This document shows, in pieces, positions 46,665-54,608 of a DNA stretch of 54,608 bases (positions within the stretch are counted from its first letter, which is position 1; each line of letters starts with the position of its first letter). Position numbers and translations under genes: made by a program. Source of the stretch: Armatimonadia bacterium (GTDB lineage Bacteria > Armatimonadota > Zipacnadia > Zipacnadales > UBA11051); assembly GCA_039683575.1 (NCBI GenBank), contig JBDKRC010000110.1, positions 1-54,608 of the forward strand, written 5' to 3'. The notes beneath the pieces were generated by a model. That model did no database searches. It had not been told where the DNA came from and was given only the letters and a program-made list of their open reading frames with translations.

Positions 46665-49286
46665 ATGCGTTATTTCGTGCTTTTCTGTCTCTGCCTTTCG
46701 GTCTCACTATCACACGCCGACCTTCTCATTAGCGACTGTGATGACGTCTCGGCCTGGAATCGCCCGGTCATTCTGGATACCCAGCATGTGAAGCAAGGCC
46801 GCGCCGCGATACGGTGGGAATTTGCCAACCTCAAGGACATCGGCCTCAAAACCGTGCCGCAGGACTGGAAGAGCGGCGGCAACTGCCTTTCGTTCTGGAT
46901 GTACAGTGAGAAGGACACCAAGTCCCCGCTGTGGATAATCATCTCCTCCGAGAACAAGGAGCAGGAGGGGCCGGACTACTATTCAGTCTATCTCAAAGCC
47001 GACTTCACGGGCTGGCGGCACTACATAGTACCCTTCAATGAGATCGGGAAGGCGCGCAACCCCCTCGGCTGGGACAATATCGGCGGGATGCAGTTCCACT
47101 CCGCCTGGGACCCGGGCGTGACTCCCAACCCTGAAACCGTACTCATCCTGGATGACATCAAGGTGGTTCAGATGGCTGATACTGGCAGCGGACCTCGCCT
47201 GACGGATGCCGATTTCTATGCCGCGCTCGATCTGCAGCGCCCTGAACTGGCGGCGGTGAAGGCCGCGGTGGACAAGCAGGACTATGTCGCGGCAGGCCAT
47301 GCCCTGGCCGAGCACCTGCGCAAGCGCGAGAAGCCCATCTGGTTCGATAACTGGCGCGACCGCCCGGCCCCGGTCGCCAAGGCCAACACCGCCGCCGCCG
47401 ACCGGCTGCTGGCCCACGAATTTGAGTTCATCAAGACCAAGTACAAGCCCGAAGGCCGCATTGACTGGTCCTACAACGCCATGACCAAGGGCGAGAGCGC
47501 CACCATTGAGTGGAATGCCCAGTTCAACCGGCACTTCCACTTCAAGCAGCTTGGCGACGCCTACTGGAACACGGGACAGGACAAGTACGCCAAGGAGATC
47601 GCGGACGAGATGGTCGCGTGGATCGAGGACTGTCCCGTACTGCTCTTCCAGTCCGGCAACAGCCCCTACCACCACGCCTGGGAGACCCTGAACACGGCCA
47701 TCCGGCTCTCCAGTACCTGGCCCACGGCCCTCTTCCGCTGTCTCGACAGCCCGGCCTTCACCGATGAAGTCATCGTCAAGGTCATGAAGTCCATCTACGA
47801 GCAGGCCGAGCACCTGGTGCGCTGGCCTTCGAGTGCCAACTGGCTCACGGCGGAGTCCTACGGCGTCTACGTGTCCGGGCTGATGTTCCCGGAGTTCCAG
47901 CGCGCCCCGGAATGGCGCAAGATCGCCATCGAGCGCCTGTACAAGCAGCTTGACCATGAAGTCTATCCCGACGGGCTCGAGGTTGAGTTGGCGCTCGGCT
48001 ACAACAACTGGGTCGTCTCCGAGTTCTCGGAAGTCCTGAAGCTGGCGAGGCTGAACAACTCCATCGGGGACATCCCGACCGACTACCTGCAGAAGATGGA
48101 GAGCATGTACAACTACCAGTTGTACGCCATGCGTCCCGATTGGCAGGTCTTCGGGCTGAATGACTCCTGGTCCAGCAACCCCAACGCGCTGCTCAAGGAC
48201 GCCGCCGACTACTTCCCCCAGCGCGCGGATTTCAGGTGGGGCGCCACGAAGGGCGCTGAGGGCGCCAAGCCCGCGAACGCCTCGGTCGCCTTCCCCTACA
48301 GCGGGCACTACATCATGCGCACCGGCTGGGACCCCCAGGACCTGCTGCTGCACTTCGATGCGGGCCCGTGGGGCAGCGGCCACCAGCATGAGGACAAGCT
48401 CGGTTTCCAGGCCTACGGGCGCGGCAAGGTGCTCATGACCGAGGGCGGCGTCTACATGTACGACGCCTCCCGGTGGCGCAAGTACGTGCTGGCCACACGC
48501 TCACACAATACCGTCCGCGTTGACGGCCTCGAGCAGCGCTCCAAGGCCGTGCGCGAAAGCTGGGTCCTGCCCTATCCCTTCAAGCCGCTCGACAACCTGT
48601 GGCTGAGCGGCGATCAGTATGACTTCGTCGAGGGGCAGTACGAACACGGCTATGGCACGAGGGAGCAAAATCAGGCGGACGTCAAGCACACCCGCAGCAT
48701 CCTGTTCATCAAGCCGAACTACTGGATCATCACCGATGCCATGACCCCGGCGGATGACAAGCCCCACCAGTATGAGGCCATGTTCCATTTCGAGGCCCCC
48801 GAGGCCAAGACCGAGGGGCTGAACGTCAGCACCGGCGGCGAGCAGGCGGGAATGACGCTGATGGCCGCAAGCCAGACGCCGTTGACGGTGCAGGTCGTGA
48901 AGGGTGTGGAGGAAGAGCCGGTGCAGGGGTGGGCACAAAGCCCCTGGCATGCCATACCGACGGCGCTGTATCACTGGGAGGCTAACCAGCCGACGCGGGT
49001 GACGTATGTTATGTATCCGACGGCGGCCGGCGAGAGCTGTCCGGTGAAGGAAGTGCGGGCGCTGCCCGTGACCGACGCGCAGGGCCAGCCGGCGAAGGCC
49101 AATGCTGCCGAGATCATCTTCAAGGACGGCTCACGGCACCTGTATCTATACGCCGACAAGGATGCGGGGACGTGCAACTTCGGAGGGTATCAGACCGACG
49201 GGCGCTGTGCGCTGATCGCGCTGGATGCGCAGGGGAAGGTCACGCAGGCGATTCTGGCGTCGGGGACGGTGCTGCAGGCAAGATAG
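46665..49286 (+). CDS. Heparinase II/III-family polysaccharide lyase with an N-terminal CBM-like domain
   Basis: FNRHFHF, NWL..E, YPDG..E....Y, MRTGW, GHQHEDKL, SHNTVRVDG; DFTGWRH in the N-terminal domain; ATG 46665. Confidence 0.85.
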   Translation: MRYFVLFCLCLSVSLSHADLLISDCDDVSAWNRPVILDTQHVKQGRAAIRWEFANLKDIGLKTVPQDWKSGGNCLSFWMYSEKDTKSPLWIIISSENKEQEGPDYYSVYLKADFTGWRHYIVPFNEIGKARNPLGWDNIGGMQFHSAWDPGVTPNPETVLILDDIKVVQMADTGSGPRLTDADFYAALDLQRPELAAVKAAVDKQDYVAAGHALAEHLRKREKPIWFDNWRDRPAPVAKANTAAADRLLAHEFEFIKTKYKPEGRIDWSYNAMTKGESATIEWNAQFNRHFHFKQLGDAYWNTGQDKYAKEIADEMVAWIEDCPVLLFQSGNSPYHHAWETLNTAIRLSSTWPTALFRCLDSPAFTDEVIVKVMKSIYEQAEHLVRWPSSANWLTAESYGVYVSGLMFPEFQRAPEWRKIAIERLYKQLDHEVYPDGLEVELALGYNNWVVSEFSEVLKLARLNNSIGDIPTDYLQKMESMYNYQLYAMRPDWQVFGLNDSWSSNPNALLKDAADYFPQRADFRWGATKGAEGAKPANASVAFPYSGHYIMRTGWDPQDLLLHFDAGPWGSGHQHEDKLGFQAYGRGKVLMTEGGVYMYDASRWRKYVLATRSHNTVRVDGLEQRSKAVRESWVLPYPFKPLDNLWLSGDQYDFVEGQYEHGYGTREQNQADVKHTRSILFIKPNYWIITDAMTPADDKPHQYEAMFHFEAPEAKTEGLNVSTGGEQAGMTLMAASQTPLTVQVVKGVEEEPVQGWAQSPWHAIPTALYHWEANQPTRVTYVMYPTAAGESCPVKEVRALPVTDAQGQPAKANAAEIIFKDGSRHLYLYADKDAGTCNFGGYQTDGRCALIALDAQGKVTQAILASGTVLQAR

Positions 49287-49300
49287 CAGACACAAGCTTG

Positions 49301-49371
49301 GCGTGGTAGGCATGCTCCGCATGCCGTAATCCCGCTCAGTGAGTCCGGCATGCGGAGCATGCCTACCACGC
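49301..49371. repeat. Perfect inverted family-B REP doublet (REPIN-like)
   Basis: 26-bp GCGTGGTAGGCATGCTCCGCATGCCG, 19-bp spacer, then its exact reverse complement. Confidence 0.92.
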
Positions 49372-49388
49372 GCGGGGTCTTCTTTCTT

Positions 49389-50069
49389 CTAGCCCTCGGG
49401 ACGGTACATATAGCCTGTGCCCCGGACGGTCACCACGGGCACAGGCTTGAGCCCCGCCGCACGGAGTTTGGCGCGCAGGCGGGCTATGTGGTTGTCCACC
49501 AGCCGCAACTCGCCATAGTAGTCATCCCCCCACATTTCATCACCGAGTTGATCGCGGGACCGCGCCACGCCCGGATGCTGCATCATGGCGGCCAGCAGGT
49601 CAAACTCGATGGGAGTCAGCGGGACTTGCTGGTCATGCACCAGCACCTCGCGCTCTTCGACATTCACTTTCAGCCCCTGCGCCTGCCGTGGCGCCTTCTG
49701 ACGGGCCCCTGAGCGCCGCAGGAGGGGCTTGAGCCGCCCCACCAGTTCCATCGGCCCGTACGGCCACGCCACATAGTCCTCGGCCCCCATCTCCAGCGCC
49801 CGCTCCCGCCCAGGACCTTCTCCGCGCCCTGACAGCGTCAGGATGGGCACAGGCCCGTTCTGGCGGATGGCCGCGATCAGCGCCGGCCCCTCAGCCCCCA
49901 ACATCCCCAGATCGAGCACCACGGCATCCGGCGGGTCTGCCTGCAAAGCCACCGGCACCTGCGAAGCCTCCCCAACCACAGTCACGCGCATCCCCTCAGC
50001 CTGCAGATACCAGCCAACGGCCTCGGCCAGATCGGGATCGTCGTCCGCGATGAGGATGTGAAAGCTCAC
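49389..50069 (-). CDS. OmpR-family response regulator
   Basis: ILIADDD, VVLDLGM, LTPIEFDLL, VDNHIARLRAKL, TVRGTGY; GTG start after AAGGAG. Confidence 0.9.
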   Translation of the reverse strand: MSFHILIADDDPDLAEAVGWYLQAEGMRVTVVGEASQVPVALQADPPDAVVLDLGMLGAEGPALIAAIRQNGPVPILTLSGRGEGPGRERALEMGAEDYVAWPYGPMELVGRLKPLLRRSGARQKAPRQAQGLKVNVEEREVLVHDQQVPLTPIEFDLLAAMMQHPGVARSRDQLGDEMWGDDYYGELRLVDNHIARLRAKLRAAGLKPVPVVTVRGTGYMYRPEG

Positions 50070-50082
50070 AGGCGCTCCTTTG

Positions 50083-50871
50083 CTACTTGCCCCAGATGTC
50101 CCCCTTCCCCCCGTTGTCCAGCAGGTCCACCAGGTACGGCTCCATGGTCTCGGCCCAGATCCAGTAACCCTTCTCCGACAGGTGCAGCAGGTCTCGCAGC
50201 TTCTCTTTGGTGATGGTCCCATCCGGCTCCACGAACTTGTCGCCCATGTCCAGGTACCAGACCCGCTGCCGGTCAGCCAGCGGCTTGATGCGGGCATTCA
50301 CCTGTCGCACCCACTCGCGCGACGGGTTCTCAGGCCGCTCATTGCACGGAAACACGCCCAAAAGCAGTATCTTCGTCTCGGGTAGCTTCGTCTTGATATA
50401 GTTCACAATGGTGGAAATGCCTGCGGAGACGTCGTCAGGCGTGGAGTGGGTCTGCCCGTAGTTGTTGATCCCGATGAGCAGCACCAGAACCTTGGGGTTC
50501 AGGCCGTCGAGGTCCCCGCCTTCAGTAATCCGCCACAGTATGTGCTCGGTGCGGTCGCCCGAAATGCCGAAGTTGCCGGCCTTGCGGGGGGCGTAATACC
50601 GTTCCCAGACCGGCGTTCCGCCTTCGTATCCCGACTGCGACCGCCACATCATGGTGATGGAATCGCCGAGGAACACAAGCTGCAGATCGGGTTTCTTCTC
50701 CCGCACAAGCATATTCTGATGATACTGATCCGCCCAATCCACCCGCTTGAGCGGCGTGCAGGTCGCCAGATCGCTCTTGGGCAGGCCGTACTTGGCCCAG
50801 GGCCAGTCGTCCTGCGCCAATACCTCGCTGAGGGCGCTAAGGGCAAGGATCGCCAGCAACAGCTTGGGCAT
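50083..50871 (-). CDS. SGNH/GDSL hydrolase (PAF-acetylhydrolase-IB-like)
   Basis: FLGDSIT, NFGISGD, IGINN, DLLHLS; signal peptide. Confidence 0.9.
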   Translation of the reverse strand: MPKLLLAILALSALSEVLAQDDWPWAKYGLPKSDLATCTPLKRVDWADQYHQNMLVREKKPDLQLVFLGDSITMMWRSQSGYEGGTPVWERYYAPRKAGNFGISGDRTEHILWRITEGGDLDGLNPKVLVLLIGINNYGQTHSTPDDVSAGISTIVNYIKTKLPETKILLLGVFPCNERPENPSREWVRQVNARIKPLADRQRVWYLDMGDKFVEPDGTITKEKLRDLLHLSEKGYWIWAETMEPYLVDLLDNGGKGDIWGK

Positions 50872-50938
50872 GCGCGTCTCCTCCAGTGTTCGGCCCAAAC
50901 CCGCCATCAGGCCGCAGTCGCCGATTCTCATTTAGACG

Positions 50939-52294
50939 TCAGAGGTCGAGGCTGACGCCTTGCGCAAGGAGGCTCTGCCGCAGCGCGGCCACCTCAACTT
51001 TCCGCGGCGGAGTGCCCTGGCCGGCGGCCAGAGCTGCCGCCGTACCGGCGGCCTGCCCCATCGCCATGCAGCAGGGAATCATCCGGGCCGAGGCGAGCGC
51101 TTCATGAGTCGCAGAAAAACAGCGGCCGGCCACGAGCAGGTTCTCGACCTCCTGCGGCACTAGACACCGGTAGGGGATATCGTACGAGGTGCCCGCCTGG
51201 GGCGACTTGCGGTTGTAGGTGCTTTCCTGTCCCGGAGACCCCACCGCGTGGACGTCAATGTAGCAGGCATACCTGGCGATGGCGTCGGGGAACTTCCTCG
51301 AGGCGAGGACATCGTCACCGGTCAGCACATACTCGCCCAGCACCCGCCGCGATTCCCGAACTCCCAACATCGCGCCCGTGGCCGCGATGTATGCACGCTC
51401 ATATCCAGGCACGTTCCGCTTCGCGAAGCCATAGGACTGCCAGATTTGCTTTCTGGCTTCCACCCAGGCGCGGCTGATTTCCGCAACGTTAGTGGCATCG
51501 GCTCCGTGCACGTGGTCAGCGTTATAGTACGTTTCGTCTGCACGCAGCAGGTTATCGCTACCGGCCCCATACCCGGCGAATACGGGTCGAGGGACCGTCT
51601 CGCCACGCCCCTCAGCCTCCCGAAGCATCTCCTGCCTGTGCTGCTCAAGAAAGGCAACTGCCTCGTCTCGACCAAGGTTGTGCACCTTGGAGAACAGACC
51701 AATGGGCTGCGTCAGACCATCCGCAGGCCTGCCCTGCTCATACGCCGCTCCCGCCGAGGCAGCCACGTCCCCATCTCCAGTGGCGTCTATCACCACTTTG
51801 GCCAAAATGGCCTCGCGCCCGGATTTGCTCTCGATGAATACCCCCTGCACCTTGCCGGAGGCCACAATCGCTCCGGCCACCTTCGTGTCGAAGAGCACGC
51901 TGACGCCCGCCTCTTCCGCCATGGTGTCCAACACAAACTTGAGCGTCTCGGGGTCAAAGGGAGCCCAGTAGTCGGCATTGGGTCCGTCAACTCCGCCCCA
52001 TGGGCCAGGGCGCGGCATGATCGCCGCGTCCAGCTTGACTAGTCGCTCCAGGATCTCAAACGGGATGCCGCCCACGATCATCTTCTCCTGATCGTGGTAG
52101 GGCCCCAGACGGTTAAGCATCCCGCTCGTCGCGCACCCTCCCAGACAGCCATAGTGCTCGACGACCAGGGTGTTGGCGCCAGCCCTGGCAGCGGCGAAGG
52201 CAGCCCCCACTCCGGCCGGCCCCCCTCCACAGACCACGACGTCCACATGGGCTCGTACTCTGGTCCGTCTCTCGGGTTCAAGTACATCCGTCAT
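50939..52294 (-). CDS. FAD-dependent oxidoreductase (PF12831-like)
   Basis: GGGPAG, IDATGDGD, GVRESRR, YDIPYRCLVP, MAMGQAAG. Confidence 0.9.
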   Translation of the reverse strand: MTDVLEPERRTRVRAHVDVVVCGGGPAGVGAAFAAARAGANTLVVEHYGCLGGCATSGMLNRLGPYHDQEKMIVGGIPFEILERLVKLDAAIMPRPGPWGGVDGPNADYWAPFDPETLKFVLDTMAEEAGVSVLFDTKVAGAIVASGKVQGVFIESKSGREAILAKVVIDATGDGDVAASAGAAYEQGRPADGLTQPIGLFSKVHNLGRDEAVAFLEQHRQEMLREAEGRGETVPRPVFAGYGAGSDNLLRADETYYNADHVHGADATNVAEISRAWVEARKQIWQSYGFAKRNVPGYERAYIAATGAMLGVRESRRVLGEYVLTGDDVLASRKFPDAIARYACYIDVHAVGSPGQESTYNRKSPQAGTSYDIPYRCLVPQEVENLLVAGRCFSATHEALASARMIPCCMAMGQAAGTAAALAAGQGTPPRKVEVAALRQSLLAQGVSLDL

Positions 52295-52346
52295 GAGTTC
52301 GTTCGAAGCCGGGACTGAAGCTCGGCCTCTCCTCCCGAAATGTCTA

Positions 52347-52925
52347 CTATCCCATCAACTTCCGACCCAACTCCTCCGCCTGCTTCATCAAGTCCGCATT
52401 CTCACCCGCGTCCGTCGGCTTGTTCAGGCCCAGGCCGCGGATCAGGTGCATCTCGTAGCCGAACCAGTCCGGGCCGAAGAAGTCCGCGTAGTCGGTGTAG
52501 GCGTGCGGAAACACGTCCTCCGGAGCGCCCTGGGTGAGGATGAAGGCACACTTCTTGCCCTTGGCCAGCCGCGTGCGGTTCCCGCCGGTGAGGTAGCCCA
52601 CATCCACGAAGGAGTACATCCGGTCAACCGCCATCTTCATGACCCCGGTGAGCTGCCCGAAGTAGACCGGCGAGGCTATGATCAGGATATCTGCCTCACG
52701 GATGGCGTCCAGAGCCTCGGTCAGGTCATCCTGCACCGCGCACTCGTCCAGGCCCTTCTTGCAGGCCAGGCAGGCGCAGCAGCCCTTGAAGTCCATCTTG
52801 CACAGGGCAAAGATGTCCGCTGAAGCGCCCTGGGCCTCGGCCGTCTCGATGATCTTCCGCGCGATGGTCTCGCTATTGCCGCCTGAACGCGGGCTGCCAA
52901 GCAGGCATGCTATCTTCTTCATCAT
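52347..52925 (-). CDS. Iron-sulfur flavoprotein / flavodoxin family
   Basis: GSPRSGGNS, CxxCxxC-x6-C (CCACLACKKGLDEC), ASPVYF; start at 52925 or 52922 after GGAGGG. Confidence 0.88.
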   Translation of the reverse strand: MMKKIACLLGSPRSGGNSETIARKIIETAEAQGASADIFALCKMDFKGCCACLACKKGLDECAVQDDLTEALDAIREADILIIASPVYFGQLTGVMKMAVDRMYSFVDVGYLTGGNRTRLAKGKKCAFILTQGAPEDVFPHAYTDYADFFGPDWFGYEMHLIRGLGLNKPTDAGENADLMKQAEELGRKLMG

Positions 52926-53086
52926 ATCCCTCCGCACAAAGAATCTGGATCTGCGTCTGGTGATACAATTGTACTTTCGACGCTCCAATACCTTCCGAAA
53001 GATCACAGCAAGCAGCCAGGAAGGACCCTCGCTGCCGACAACGAACCTAAGGCTACATTGCCTTTCCGAGGAGGTCCACCACCGCC

Positions 53087-53866
53087 ATGAATGGCCAAAG
53101 CGGCGGGATTAGGTTTTTCGACTGCAACATGCGCCTTGGGCGCGCCGGAGTAATCAGACCGGAGCACATACTGGACGCCCAGGGACTACTGGGCGAGATG
53201 GACTACGCGGGCATTGAAAGCGCGCTTGTCTATCACGTCTGGTCCCAGGAATGGGACGCGGGCGGTGGCAACCGCCAGCTTCTTGAGGAGTTGGACACCT
53301 GCGGGCGGTTCTACCCCTGCTTCGTGCCCCTGCCCCACGCCACGCAGGAGCTGGGCAGCCCGGCTGAGTTCGCCGCTGACCTGCGGCACCGTCACGGAGC
53401 CGCGCGCCTCTATCCGAAGGCCCACAACTACACCCTCAGCGAGTGGTGCGCCGGCCCCATGCTGGAGGCGCTGGCCACGCAGAGCGTGCCGGTCCTCGTG
53501 GAGCTGGCCCAGGTGAGTTGGGACGAGCTGGCGTGGATGCTCGGCGCCTACCCGGACCTGCCGGTGATCCTGCTGGCCACCTCCTACCGTGTCAACCGCA
53601 ATGTCTACCCGCTGTTCGAGCGCTTCAGCAACCTTTACCTCGAGACCGCGACCTACCAGATCATGCGCGGCATCGAGGACGTGGCGCGGCGCTTCGGCCC
53701 CGAGCGGCTGATCTTCGGCACCGGGCTGCCGCTACTTGACGCTGGTGGCCCAATCGCACAGATCACCTACGCCGAACTGCCGCTCGCGCAAAAGCAGATG
53801 ATGGCCGGAGGGACGCTGGCACGGCTGCTGGGGGTAGACGGCTGGACTGAGGGAGGTGCGGCATAA
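53087..53866 (+). CDS. Amidohydrolase-fold protein with degenerate metal ligands
   Basis: DCNMRLG in place of DxHxH; MDYAGI, FGPERLIFGTG. Confidence 0.8.
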   Translation: MNGQSGGIRFFDCNMRLGRAGVIRPEHILDAQGLLGEMDYAGIESALVYHVWSQEWDAGGGNRQLLEELDTCGRFYPCFVPLPHATQELGSPAEFAADLRHRHGAARLYPKAHNYTLSEWCAGPMLEALATQSVPVLVELAQVSWDELAWMLGAYPDLPVILLATSYRVNRNVYPLFERFSNLYLETATYQIMRGIEDVARRFGPERLIFGTGLPLLDAGGPIAQITYAELPLAQKQMMAGGTLARLLGVDGWTEGGAA

Positions 53867-54608
53867 TGGCACGCGACTTTGCCGAAGCGCTACGGCTGGG
53901 CGAGATACTCAAGGACGAGTACATCGTTGATGCCCATGCCCACATGGACACCTGGTACAACTTCCACATCCCCGAGCAGGGCACGCCCGCCTCAATGGTC
54001 CATGCGATGGACCTGATCGGGATCGACGTCACCATCGTGGCCCCGCACATCTGCATCGGCCCCTGCTACCTGAAGGGCAACCGCGACGCCTTCGCGGCCG
54101 CCAAAGCCTATCCGGGGCGGATTCTGCCCTATGTGACGGTCAACCCCAACTACTCGGTCGAGGAGATCAAGAGCGAGATCGACTACTGGGACACGCATGG
54201 CGGCATCATCGGGTTCAAGTTCCATCCCGCCTGTCATCTGGCCGACGCTTGCCACGAGAACTACTACCCGGTGTTCGAGTACTGCCAGGAGCGGCAGTTG
54301 CCGATCCTGTCGCACAACTGGACCGGCGCGCCGGTGAATGGCAAGGACACGCTGCACGGGCTGGCCGAGCTGTTTCCGCGCGTAACGTTCATCATCGGCC
54401 ACGCCGCCAGCGGTTGGAGCGTCATCGACACCAACTGCGACACCGCCAGCCGCCACCCCAACGTGATGCTCGATACCACCGGGTCCGGGCTGTTCTTTGA
54501 CGCCATCCCCGAGATGGTCCGCCGCGTGGGCGCCGAGCGCATCATCTTCGGCACCGACAACCCCTTCATCGACCCGCGGCCGGGCCTCGGGCGGATGCTA
54601 ATGGCACG
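53866..54608 (+). CDS. Amidohydrolase family protein, truncated by the window end
   Basis: ATG overlaps the upstream TAA; translates MARDFAEALRLGEILKDEYIVDAHAHM..GFKFHP..LSHNW..IIGHA..IFGTD; absent from the ORF track because no stop lies in the window. Confidence 0.88.
   Translation, partial: MARDFAEALRLGEILKDEYIVDAHAHMDTWYNFHIPEQGTPASMVHAMDLIGIDVTIVAPHICIGPCYLKGNRDAFAAAKAYPGRILPYVTVNPNYSVEEIKSEIDYWDTHGGIIGFKFHPACHLADACHENYYPVFEYCQERQLPILSHNWTGAPVNGKDTLHGLAELFPRVTFIIGHAASGWSVIDTNCDTASRHPNVMLDTTGSGLFFDAIPEMVRRVGAERIIFGTDNPFIDPRPGLGRMLMA

Overview
A GC-rich bacterial chromosomal window with about 40 genes and no rRNA, tRNA, CRISPR array, integrase or transposase that I could recognise. The host is a diderm (LptA/LptC, a probable outer-membrane barrel); an Armatimonadota-like origin is my inference from gene style, not a measured result. 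Contents: (i) many carbohydrate-catabolism genes (GH36, GH29, heparinase II/III, beta-helix, CBM9-like protein, three Gfo/Idh/MocA oxidoreductases, aldo/keto reductase, amidohydrolases); (ii) a minus-strand envelope cluster running large SprA-like barrel, secreted 758-aa protein, two lipoproteins, lptC, lptA, DUF4159, then rfbD and an HddA-like kinase; (iii) secA-prfB, with an unusually enlarged SecA and the canonical prfB +1 frameshift; (iv) a translationally coupled PD-(D/E)XK nuclease + DHH phosphoesterase pair; (v) several families of short palindromic REP-like repeats, one inserted in frame in a gene and one supplying a stop codon; (vi) a candidate structured RNA at about 40.45-40.58 kb. 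The best candidates for undescribed biology are the barrel/Lpt operon, the nuclease-DHH pair and the structured RNA. All family assignments come from motif recognition by eye; no database search was run.
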